NCBI GenBank assembly: GCA_964304625.1
Contig: OZ199838.1
Span: 3,730,505-3,794,504, forward strand
Direction of reading: 5' to 3'
DNA length: 64,000 bases
DNA from: Kudoa neothunni
Taxonomy: Eukaryota; Animalia; Cnidaria
Shown here: positions 25,936 through 38,008 of the stretch, piece after piece
Numbering within the stretch: position 1 is the first letter of the stretch
How the letters are laid out: each line of letters opens with the position of its first letter
Notes under the pieces: generated by a model
Database searches by the model: none
Told to the model about the DNA's origin: nothing
Seen by the model: the letters and a program-made list of their open reading frames with translations, nothing else
Made by a program: the position numbers and the translations under genes

Positions 25936-28090
25936 GTGTTAAAGTTTAGAATGTCCCCGAACCACATAAACTTATTATTTTACGAATAATTGTCACATTT
26001 ATAATAAAAATTATAAATTAAATTTATAGCATTAATAATCTGTTTTAATACAGTATTTCAAGACCAAAATCCAACGTGGTCGGATCATAATTCATCACAG
26101 CTTAACGTCACAAAAAGAAAATATGTTTCCTTAGACGACACAAAGAAAGAAATTATCATTAGGTTATCTAAAGTATATAGCGCTAGTTAATCTGTATTCG
26201 AGAGATGTTAAGGAAAATTATACCTATGGCCGGATAGCTACAACAGTTGGCGTTCATAAATCAACAATTTCACGGCTCCTAAAAAAAGAATTCGAAGGTG
26301 ATGAGGTCGATGTAGAATGCATTCCTAAGAAAAGAAGTGGGGACAGGAGGTCAAAATTGACAATTGCCCCTAAGTCATATATCCTTAGCTTAGTGAATGA
26401 AGATTGCACAATTACATTAGACTCAATCGCCAAGGAACTACAAGAAGAACATAATATCGTTGTTTCAAAACAGACTGTTGCTAATTGTTTAAACCAGTTT
26501 CATTACACTCTCAAAAAAATTTCAATTGTACCGATTGCGGGTTATTCTCAGGATTGCATATCAAAACGCAAAAAGTGTTTTTATTAATTAACAGTAAACG
26601 TTATATTTATTAGTTATGTTTTAGAATATCTGCAATGTAAACCACTCCATTTTCCTGTAATTTACATTGATGAGTCTGCTTTCTCACTTTCTATGAGACG
26701 AACATTTGGAAGGTGGCCCCGTGAATTAACAAGTTTTCTATACTTTTATAGAAAAACTTCTTGATGATTTAGCGAACGATGAAATTCAAAGCGCGTTGTT
26801 AATTATGGACAATGTAAGGTTTCATTAAACCGATCTTACTCGACAAAGAATTGATTTAAGTGGACACAAACTTTTGTTTCTGCCTCCGTATTCACCATTC
26901 CTCAACCCTATAGAGGAATTCTTTCACCAAGCAAAATCAATTGTCCGAAAAGAAGCGCCCACAAATACTGATGAAATAACACCTCCCCAACTTCAAAATT
27001 ATTCTAATCACGCAGAGTCGTATTTTCCAAGATGTTTAAATATGGAAGAAATAGAAAACTAATACTTATATGCGTTTAATTTATTAATCCATTTTGATTC
27101 GACGTTGTTGCATTTTGATCCGACACAGGTGCATTTAGTTCTTGAAATACTGTACTATGGTGTTATGCACTCTTCTGAAGCACCACTCATCTATTCTATA
27201 TACGATGATATCATCGATTTTTTTTATTGATGATGCTTCGATATTTTCGTTTGAACGCGCTCCATATACCTTTGATTCGGTTGGTATGGGCACCTTCAGA
27301 CGACACAAACTCTTTTTCATGGACTACAATTTCGTGAATATAACCTAGAGCACTTAGAGGGTTGTAGCCACACCATCCATCGGAGTGGATGATGGATCCT
27401 CTTTCAGCATAGGTAATGATAATATTTTCAAGAGTCAAATCGTCTCATTTTTCGGTTTCAACCATAACAACCTTCTGATTCTCATCCACGCCTCCAATTA
27501 TCCATATGCTTTCATTTTATGGGATTCTCCCTATTCCGAATTTTCTTTTGCAGATTTGACTCTCGTCAATCTGCACGCTTATTCCAGGGCAGTCAATTTT
27601 TATTGGATTCCGAATAAAATAATCTAAGCAAATATCTCGCATAAAGTTTTTACAATCAACAGCTGTTGCAGCAGATTTAATACCACATTATTCCATCAAA
27701 AACTCTTGATTGCAAGCTCTTTTGCTCCAAAAATATATTATCTTTAATATTTTGTATAATTGTAGTTTTGACTGGTAAGAAATGCTCCAAATCGAATTGA
27801 TTTTTCTTTTTGGCATATTTTAACGTAACATCTAGAGCTAAATCCATCGGCACTTTTCTTTCTTGAATTAAGTTTCATTGTTGCACTACGATCACCGACT
27901 CTTCTTCTCGGGACAAGATATATATATATGGTAAAAAATCAATTTGATTATTTTTGAAGTAACAAATGTCCTCAAAAGTGCGGTTGTTTAAATTCTCGGC
28001 GGTATAAATGTCAGGTAACATTATTCGAGAATTACCGAATGTGTCTACCCAAATTTTCTCGACGGCCGGGTACATTCTAAACTTTAACCC
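25936..28090 (-). mobile_element. Second Merlin/ISXO2 element; transposase pseudogene ~25990-27990 split by a Tc1-like insertion
   Basis: TIRs gtgttaaagtttagaatgtccccg / cgggtacattctaaactttaaccc. Motifs PGISVQIDES, GSIIHSDGWCGYNPL, HTNRIKGIWSAFKRK and IDEWCFRR. The reading resumes as LKQIINAI beyond the inserted element. Confidence 0.85.
26051..27152 (+). mobile_element. IS630/Tc1-like transposon, decayed
   Basis: TIRs cagtatttcaaga...gtcggatca / tgatccgac...tcttgaaatactg with TA TSDs. Remnants EDCTITL, FHYTLKK, YIDES, IMDNVRF and FLPPYSPFLNPIEEFF. Confidence 0.88.
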
Positions 28091-28943
28091 AGAGCATCTT
28101 ATAATCTTATAAATAGTTGAAAAATTATTCAAAGCATGACACTAAGAAATTAAAGACTATTCAGACAGTTTTTTTATGGAGTCCGGACAGATCCCATCGG
28201 AACGGATGAATTTTTTAATCGCGCCGTACAGGAAGGGTTAAAACAAGAGGAATAACAAATTTCTTGTTGGAAAAATAATTGTCCAAAACTATCATATTTA
28301 TTTTCAAAATACTCTGTGAACAATAAAAAAAATTATTACGAAAATTTTTTACATCTCTCTACTAAAGTTATTATTAGTGCAACGAGAGAGTAAATAGAAA
28401 AAACAGAAAAAGTGGTCGAACACCCACCGAATTTTCCCTACATGCACATGCACAGGCACCAAAACATGGATATTAGCTAATGCAGGGTTATTACGCATTC
28501 GAGTCTTTGTTCCAAAAAGGGTGTAGTATCCCTGCACAACTGTATTACACCAACGGAAACTTTCGAGCAATCGACGAAGAATACCGCGTTGGATTAGATG
28601 AGGTATTAGTTGAAGATTTTCTTGGAAATTTGTCGATGGAATTTTTTTGGGCGTCACCTGAACTTGTATTTTATCCAAATTTTTGATATGTGGTACGTTT
28701 AATAAATACAAGAAAATAGCGTAAATTTCAAGCTTCTATGAGAAGGTTGTAAAATTTTATGCCCACATTAGGCTTAATTTGGGTTGTAATATACTCCCAA
28801 TCCGTTAGAGGGTTTATGTCCTAACTCAGTTTTTATTTCTGCCCCCCCCCCATTTCGCCACAAATTGAAAACTAAAATCTCAACGCAACTGAAATATTAC
28901 GAACCACATGTCACTACAGAATAATCCATAAAAACATGATTAA

Positions 28944-31155
28944 CCCTCTAAGAGCTCAAAATTTTACATACACCAAGTCATTTTGGGGTATAAATACACC
29001 CCATATTTTTTTGGATAAAACTAATAATAATAAAAAAATTGTTAATTTAGGATAATTCTATCGAATAAATTTGGTGTAATTAGCCACAAATTGTTTAAAC
29101 TTTAAATTGTTGTTGGCACATGTGCATTAAGTTATAGATGTCTCTATTTTGAATATTTATTAAATTTACCCCTTATTTTTTCATCACACTACGCTTAAGT
29201 TACAGATAAATAATCATAGCGCCTATATATCAAAAACAAACATGTATAATACTCCTAAACGTCAAGACAATAGAATCCTAGTGTTAATGATTCAAACATA
29301 TCTTACAAATACATTTTGAGTGGAGCTTACAACAAAGGGAAGAACATATGTCACATCTAACTGTTGTTTTTCTATCTTTTTTTTAATACAAAATCGATAT
29401 ATTGAATAATTGCTGTTGATTGATGAATCTCTGGATGTATTTAACGGGTTGACTGGTATCACGTTTTGGTTTTTCCTTGAAACTAATAACTAATGGATCA
29501 ACTAACTGTCGAGCCAGCATATTTTATTCATCCCTCCACACAAGATTTGACGAATTAAATATACGTTTTTGTAAATACAAAAAGGGTTGATAAATGAAAT
29601 GTCCAACATATTAAAAAACGACGTGTGATCCTTTTCACACTCACGGATATTAACAGTATATCATTCGTATCAACTCCACCTTTTATAGCGTTATAATAAA
29701 CTATAACGTCAGGTTTATGTGGTGGTTCTGTCGTTGTATGAATGGAATGTTGGTCATCGAAGAACAAAGTATACAGATTGGTTTATTTTTGCGAGGCAGG
29801 TATCTTAATATCATTTTTTTCCGTGAAAAACAAACAGGGAAGAATTAAGTGGGCTATTTTTTTAGGCCGCAAGTAGGTAGGGATTTCCCTTTTAATTGAG
29901 CGCATCGTTCCAACTACCGTAATTCTTTTCTCGAGTAAATCGTCGGCCAGCTCAACGTAGGTAAAAAACTTGTCACACACTAAATTCCTCCCTGAACCAT
30001 AAAATCGTTCTAATAGCTGTAAAACAATATTTTTTCCAACGTTAACTGCTCTAACAGCTTCATTATTTCGTTTCCCCAAATACACACTTATCTTAGACAC
30101 AGGTTGATTCAGGGTCGACCAACAAAAAAAAACTTGACTCCGCACTTGGCTGGCTTCGACGACATATACTGCTTGAATTTGCAGAGATCTCCTAAAGGAC
30201 GAAAGTTTCGAATGAGTAAATTATCCCAAATATTTCATAATTTGCGGATATGGCAAAATATATCGGTTTCCATATCGTCAAAATGGAGAGATATTATTAT
30301 TTGTCTAAATCGATTCAAAGTAAATAAATCGAGGTAAATCTTCCTCCTTTCACCTAGGCCAAATAGTTCCGAAATAGATTCTTGATTATCCCTATAAACG
30401 CCCATCAACAAACCACATCCGATAAAACAATCCAACTCTATTTGGTCTGACTCTGTACACATATTGTCGAAAATGTGTTCTCCGCATTGATTGGTGTATT
30501 TCAAAACAATTTCATACATTTCTTCGTTAAAAAAATACTCGAAACGAATCAGTTGCATTATTTACATTTGGATGTATCCAAGGAGCAACACCGATGCGAT
30601 TATAGATTGTACATCGTGTTTTCGGCTGCTATTCTAATGGGTAAGGGAGGTTCAGTCTCCCATAAAATTCTACTTTTATCTAAAAGTGAATTTATCTGGA
30701 TATTTAAATCAGCATAGTAACCATCTGATGAAATATCATCCGTACGAAAATAATCATTGTCTGATGAATCAGTATCAGAGCAGCTCCCACTATAATAACC
30801 TAGACTCATTCGAAAGTAAATAGTTCCGCGGAATCGTGAAAATAAATAAAAAGTAATGTTTGTTGATTTACTCAAAATTTTTTCGATAAAATTTTCGCAA
30901 AACTTGCAAAAAATCTATTTTATATAGTTTTATCCAAAAAATGTGGGGTATATTTATACCCCAATTTTCGTTGAAAGGTATAATAAAGATAATTTTTTCC
31001 CTAATTATACAAAATAAAATTTAAAGTTAAATTTTAGTAAAAAAAATATTTTTGAATAAGAAAAGCTCGTTAAAGAATTCTTGATATTTTATGTGGTAAA
31101 AAATTGAAGCCTAAAATCGTTTGGTATATAAACATGCTCCATATTTTTTAATGGG
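28944..31155 (-). mobile_element. piggyBac element with decayed transposase (~29300-30810)
   Basis: TTAA|CCC...GGG|TTAA, with internal palindromes ggggtataaatacacccc and ggggtatatttatacccc. ORF pieces FEYFFNEEMYEIVLKYTN, NRFRQIIISLHFDD, GSGRNLVCDKFFT..LA, VVGTMRS and YYNAIKGGVD; Cys-rich C-terminus. Confidence 0.9.
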
Positions 31156-31839
31156 TTAATTAATTTAAAAATATTTATTTATATTCTCAATGGTCAGATA
31201 CACGTTATTAAATAGTTTAAGAAATAAATGACTTATTATAGTCTTTTGTGTACGTTAATTTTGTAATATTGTTTCAAATGACGAACTACACGTCACCCAT
31301 TCTATATTTAATATTTTTTGATATATTTTATAAACACAAGATTTGTATGTTTTTTCTAGCATAAGAATAAAAACAGTCATCTATTTGATGCGCAGTAAAG
31401 GCTTAAACTAATTTTCTTTATTTTGCTTGGGAATAAATCACTCGGAGTTGGAACACTCTCCTAGAACTGATTATGGTCTAAGTCTGAGGTTACGCTGTAG
31501 CCACTATTCTGCATTGTAACATAAAATAGGAGCATGATTGTAATAATATTTTTAAAAACTGCCAAGGTCTTAATGTCAATGATCCCACAATAACAGTTGA
31601 CGAATACTGTATTAACCCCATTAAAATTTGTAATTTTAATCTAAGAAACAAGATTTCGATTAAACATATTATTATACTACGTTCAATTCTTATTTTTCAT
31701 ATAGAAATAATTAGTTCAGCCTAAATGTGTCAAATATAATAAAAACGCTGCAAAAAAAGAGAAAATTCAGTATTCTTGACGTGAAGTTCACTAAAATAAA
31801 TCAAAAATGAGCTTGAGTTCAACTTACACTGTGTTACAA

Positions 31840-32907
31840 TTAACTGTAAGGAAGAACGTGATTCATCCCTTGAGTTGGGGCTTTGTTTCGGTATATTTTG
31901 ATTCGATTGAGATGAACATTAGTGTCGACATTATCTTTGTCAAGTACATCAAACAAATGCTCAAATACAACGTCTGTCGCGACTAAATTTTAAAATTCTA
32001 GTTATTTGTTACATTGGCTACATTCACCTTCAATGTTGTGTGCATTTAACATAACATCAGCGTATTTCTTAGTCTATATAGCCGCAATAAATAAAATTAT
32101 TGAGGAGGGATAAGTCATCATACCGGCAAGCAATAATCTTCATAGGAGGGTTTCGCAAACCGATGATAATAACTGAGTGTGGTTTCCAGACTACGTTTCA
32201 TATCTTGATTATCCCTTAACACTATGAATAATTCATTATTATTGTCAACTACAACCTCCTCAACTAAAAAGTATACCTCGTGTACAAAGAGCTACTTCAC
32301 TATCGCTCAAAATAAATATTTTTAGATCAAGCAATTCCCGTATACATTCATGTTTCAGAACAAGAATTCCTTCCACCAACACAAGATCAACTTCCGACGA
32401 CACAATCTCATATTGGCTTGAACTAGTGAGGATTAAATTATTAACACATTCACGAAAATCACAAAAATACGTTAAATGAGTCTTCAAGTTAATCTCATTA
32501 ATGGTTACATTTTGATTGTTTTTTATGCGCTGTAGGGTCTTTAGAAATAATTCAGTATCGAAGGCATCTACGCAAACAAGAGATTTAAATCTCCAACTTA
32601 ACCTATGTAATAACCTCACCAGGATGATCAAAATTAAATTCATTATTCTTTATTTGTTCCATTTGCTGTTCATCCAATTTTTTGTAAAAGCATTCCTGAC
32701 TTAGAATCACAACCTTTTTGGGTTGAGCGTTGGGTGAATTGGGATCTTCATTGTGCACCTGTTCAAAACGTTTCTTGATGCTTTCGCACAAAAACATCTA
32801 ATTTGTGCAAACTGAGCATCAATAACGATCATTTAACAAACCTTTTTTGAGCATGGCCCTCCTCCTACTCCAACTATAAATGGCATATTTGTGTTCGCCT
32901 TAACCAT
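31840..32907 (-). CDS. UCK: Uridine-cytidine kinase-like protein with degenerate catalytic motifs
   Basis: Spliced product MVKANTNMPFIVGVGGGPCSKK|MFLCE...KVVILSQECFYK...FNFDHP|DAFD...LVEGIL...LDLKIF...R|VLRD...FAKPSYEDYCLP|TKKYADV. It is collinear with UCK1/2, with GT-AG introns and an intact frame to TAA. Confidence 0.9.
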
Positions 32908-33130
32908 GTAAATCTATGAGGTGAATATGAAGCAATACTTTTTGATAATTATTAAATTGTATGTCTAATTATATAACAAATTTTGATAGATTCAAAAATA
33001 ATAAATTCTTCTAGAATGTTAAGTAAACTCACACCTGCAAGATACTCTTAAATTTCGTCTGACATCGCGTTAATTCGTAAGATAATCACGGCCACCTTTA
33101 TCATGGTTAATCCCTACAGACTTTTTTTAA

Positions 33131-34376
33131 CCCTAGAAAGCTCACCAAAAATGGTTACACAAAGGTTGAATGGTCCCCTTTTTGATCCATGTATAAATTG
33201 ATCATATTGAATCATCTAATTATCGTCAGATATTTTCTATTGACTATATAACTATAAAGAATAAACAATATTTTTTATTCTAATTTTAGGAATTCATAAA
33301 CTATAAATATCTGTGGAGAGTGATTTTTGTGATATTTAGCTATTCATCGAATCTTTTAATTCTTTATCATAAATTAAAATTAATTTGAAAGAAACAAAAC
33401 TTTAATGAATCGAAAAAATTTCTTGTAAATCATAATATACGATATTGATAAGGGGACCTAAATAAACATGACGTAATGCTGGTTGTCGCGTGTTTAAAAG
33501 GAGATTAAGTTTTATACACTACGAGATCTGTAACGACTGGAAATAATACGTTTGATTTCGATAGCTTCCATTCTGAAACATATTTCAACATTAAATCGTG
33601 TTTCAAATAATCTGATCATAATATATAGAAATTTTGGAACGACAAAAATGATAACCTGTGGTTGGATGGTGACCATGATTCCATGGAAAAAAATTCAAGG
33701 CCTTACTCTGTAAATTATATATCTTCGCAGTTTTTATTACTTTATGGTGAATTATTTGGAAAAAATATTCGTTTTTATTCTGTGTTATTATTTGAATAAT
33801 TATGATAATTACTAATCTTGTATGTATAAAACATACTCTCCTTTTTGAACATTCGACAACTAAAATTACATCGTGTTTATTTAGGTCTCATTATCAATAT
33901 TGTATATTATGATTTACAAGAAATTTTTTCGATTCATTAAAGTTTTGTTTCTTTCAAATTAATTTTAATTTATGATAAAGAATTAAAAGATTCGATGAAT
34001 AGCTAAATATCACAAAAATCACTCTCCACAGATATTTATAGTTTATGAATTCCTAAAATTAGAATAAAAAATATTGTTTATTCTTTATAGTTATATAGTC
34101 AATAGAAAAATACTTTACGATAATTAGATGACTCAATATGAACATTTTATACTTGGATCAAAAAGGAGCCTATTGAGGCTTTTCGTAACTTTTTGAAAAA
34201 TCTGATAAAAAACATACATAGGATGAATAAAAGTTTTTCACTACTGTAAATATAATTACATAAAATTCATGCTATAATTTGTATAACATAAATATTGCTA
34301 TATAGAATATCCTTATAATTTTCTAAGTATTTAATTTAATTTTGGACCAAAAAGAGACCCGCTGAGCTTTCTAGGC
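33131..34376. mobile_element. piggyBac-like foldback MITE with a long internal inverted repeat
   Basis: TTAA|ccctagaaagctca ... tgagctttctaggc|TTAG. Internal arms at about 33180-33527 and 33815-34165. Confidence 0.75.
33233..34109. repeat. Perfect 208-bp inverted repeat (33233-33440 vs 33902-34109)
   Basis: Base-by-base reverse-complement comparison found no mismatch over 208 bp. The flanking parts of the arms are visibly diverged. Confidence 0.92.
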
Positions 34377-35140
34377 TTAGACAAAACAAAACATAATCTA
34401 AGCTTATGTATTTTAATATTGATAATGACAAAAGTTAATATTATTGCTGTATTTTTGAGACATTAAAGAACTAAATGTTAGATTTTAACCCTCTAATGCA
34501 GGTTTTCTCAAGCGTTTTTTTAAATTTACCCCCTTAACTTGGAAGCGGAATTTATATTTACTTTAAGTTTTATATTGGCTTAGTTATAGCAGAGGCTCTT
34601 TAAGGGTAAATTCTGATCCTAAAGGCACACACATTTGCATAATGACAATTTTGAGTCCCATCTACAAATTTTATTTTATTAGATTTTTCTACATTCAATT
34701 ATATCTGATCCTTCCTTCCCTCTTAAGGATATGAAAGAATTAAAAATAGTCCAAACAAATGATACTCAAATATTATTTATCAATCAGATTGCAATTTTAA
34801 GTATTATTATTGGAAGTGGCTATTGGCACGGGAAATAATATTCAAGTAACATTGGTTTTGACTATATTTAATTCTAAAAAATTAAATCTATAACCAGCTT
34901 GTAAGTTGGAGTTGCTGAAATTAAAAATTTTCATTGCGCCAACGGACACGTCGTTTAGGATTAAATTTTACCGTGTCATAGCTTTTGCCAAATTTTTGGG
35001 TTAATTGTTAAATTAAATTATTATTTTTTTAAATATCTAATAAAACGGGGGTAATATGCATATATTGTGACGATTTGAACTTGATCAAACTATAAATTCT
35101 ATGTATTATATTCGTTTATTTTGAGAATGAATAAATTAAA

Positions 35141-35375
35141 GGAAGTGGCTATTGACACGGATTATAATATCCATGAAAATATAGTTTTGACTGTATTTAA
35201 TTATTTTTGGCCCTTCGCTACCGTCCCTAGGGAAAAAAATAATTAGGCACAGCATATTTCAAAAAATAAATTCTATAGATCAACTATAAATAGGAGTAGT
35301 CGGGATTAAGAATTGACACGATGCATGTGCAGTCGCCAGTTTGGATTAAAAACTTCCGTGTCAATAGCCAATGCC
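35141..35375. mobile_element. MITE with ~21-bp TIRs and a 9-bp TSD (Merlin- or MULE-mobilised)
   Basis: ggaagtggctattgacacgga / tccgtgtcaatagccaatgcc, flanked by taaattaaa on both sides. A shorter copy lies at about 34812-34989. Confidence 0.85.
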
Positions 35376-36407
35376 TAAATTAAATACAATCAAAAATTTT
35401 ACAATAATAACGGGATTGTAATAATATATCCGTTTATATGTTTTATTTCAATGATCAAAGCTATTTTCGAGTAATACCTGATTCAAGACTATTCTTCACG
35501 TTGATTGCAAACAATGTGAATCTCTATGTACAAAATATGATGTATAACCTTAAAAAATACAAATCATAAAAGTACACGATGAATTTTATTCTTCAACCAC
35601 TTATATCGCGAACTCTTCAATTTTGTATTTTGTAAACTGATGAACACGTATTTGCCTGAAAAGTGTAAATTTTTTAGATTAAAAACAAATTATGTCCAAA
35701 CTAAATCCACATTCAAATCCTACTTATAACGGGGTTGAGTTAATGCGATTGTTATAGTAACTAAGGGGTATGTTTAAAGGTAACTTGATGTCGGTTGTAA
35801 CTGGCATTGAACATTTTGAAATATATGTGACAATATTATAAAGTTTTATGAGATTCCAAGCGATACAGAAAATATTTTTTGAGTATGGATGTGTGTTTTG
35901 GATAAAAATAAATAGGCTTATTATTTGTCAACATTCGAGCTTTAGAGACAATTAAAGGAAGACGTCGAGAAATTGTAACAAATTATTATTTAAATTGTTG
36001 TTTCATTTAAATTCCATCAATTCCTTAAATAGATACTAAATGCAAAGGAACATTCATTGTACAAATGAGTTTATTATGATTAGTTATTTTAAAGATTAAT
36101 ATGTAAAAAATAAATTAAAGTTTTAGAATTAAGGAACATTAAGTAGTTTATTTTATGTGAAATTAAAATAAAAATGTCAAAACCCCTGATTACACATATA
36201 AACTCATTTTTCTGTTTAATTACTCAGATTTTAAACGCTGTTATTGTGTGATAAAACCTCAAATAAAAGTATAGTGGTTTGTGTATATGCATAAAATAAT
36301 TTATGCGAATCTTTTAATCGACGAATAATTTAAATCAAAATTAGAGGACTATTATTATGTGATTGTTTACTGTTATATTAGATTATATCAGATATAACCT
36401 AATAAAT

Positions 36408-38008
36408 ATGGTGAAGATTAGTCATAATCTTGAGCGAAAATCTCTTTTGATGTTTTGGGTATTGGTGCACGTTTTTTCCGTGAATATGGGCTATTACATG
36501 TACTATCCTACAATTCAACAGCTGATCTTTAACAATATCTGCTTTGTAAAATATAAAGCATCCAAAGAAGAATGTATATCAAATAGTTCAATGAACTTAT
36601 ATTCCCAGAAACAAACTTCATTGTGGTTTATATGGCTGAATTTTGGTCAACTTATTCCAATGATAATGGCAACACTTTCAGTTACGTATATGAGCACCAA
36701 GTTTCCATCCGAGCGTTTGCTATTTATCCCTTCATTATCAGTGTCTTTGATGATAATACTTGCGTTGGTGTACGCATTCGTCCCGCATATTCCATTAACT
36801 CTTTATGTAGGTAATTTGTGGATTTTGATATTACTTACATACAATTAGGCTCCACTATATATCTTGACCACTTTCCTCGGTTGTATGACCACATTTAGAG
36901 CACTCACATTAACTTATATATCATGCACAAGCAACGACACTCAAAGGCTTCAAAGAATACTTTATAGAGACGCTGCCACGAATTTGGCACGGATGGCCTC
37001 TGCAATTGCAATGGGCTATTTGATAAGATATTTTTCTTTTGCAGTAACTCTTGGTGTATCCCTTGGCTTTATGGTTATTGGGATCATTTCACTTTACTTT
37101 ATAATACCATCCAATTCACATAACAAATCAAAAGTTATCAATTTAAGCAACCTAAAACAAACCATGTCAACCACTAAAAAACAAATACACACCAACATGA
37201 TCCCATTTATGCTAATAGCAATAGGCTATATTCTTACCACTTTTGGTATCATTAGGTCATGTTTGTTTCTGATCACAAAAATTCAGGTGAAAATGGAATC
37301 GCAAGAATTCATTTATTGTATTCGATGAGTTCGAAGTTTAATTTCACTCCGGTGTATGGTGGATATCTTTTGGCTGATGTTTCATTGTGCCGTTCGGTTG
37401 GATCGATTCTATTGCTCCCCTTGATTTGGAAATACATACCTATACCGAAATGGAAACTGCTATGTGTATTTAGTGTGGTTCAACATTTATTTTACATAAC
37501 AACAGCGTTTTCTACCAACATGATACATCTATTTATTGGTATTTCAATAATTTAATCTATTTATTATTGTGTTATTTAAGCTCCCATCTTTTTCGTCACT
37601 CAAGATGCATTTATCTCACTTCCTATGAATGCCATTGGCGAAATGTTTGATGGTGATCCCAAGTGTAAGTTGTGTTTATTTTGATATATAATGTATTTGA
37701 TTGTATTTTTTGAAATAATAATTTTTAATTTCAATTTAGCAATCATCTTCGCTATTTTTTCAATATTTTTAAGTTTTTTCACTCTGACTGGGATTATGGT
37801 TAGCAATGCAATATACATAAAAACCAACGATAACTTTGGGGGAACCGCATTTCTAATAATAGGCGTTTTTACATTTATTGGTACATTCTACACGACGTAA
37901 TACATTAATTCAGAGAAATTTTTATGAATGTTATTTAGAGCTGGAATATATTATCTACATGTCATTAAATCATCAAAAAGCTTAGAAAACCCCCAGAAAA
38001 CACAATAG
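36408..38008 (+). CDS. MFS transporter, SLC46 (proton-coupled folate/heme transporter)-like
   Basis: Many hydrophobic helices. The N-terminal YPTIQQLIFNNIC...C...QKQTSLWFIWLNFGQLIP pattern is typical of SLC46. Short GT-AG introns join the ORF pieces, ending at TAG 38006-38008. Confidence 0.8.

Larger units (their letters stand above)
25251..28237. mobile_element. piggyBac-like non-autonomous element hosting nested Merlin and Tc1 elements
   Basis: Termini ccctctctgtccgg / ccgtacaggaaggg, with flanks TAAA / TTAA. Confidence 0.5.

Noticed and set aside
25251-28237. Chimeric element with piggyBac ends and a Merlin transposase
   Set aside because: The Merlin has its own TIRs at 25936 and 28090, so this is nesting.
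28349-28711. Overlapping 120-aa and 68-aa ORFs
   Set aside because: No recognisable domain, splice structure or ATG context, and they lie between TE ends. Probably a TE interior or chance ORFs.
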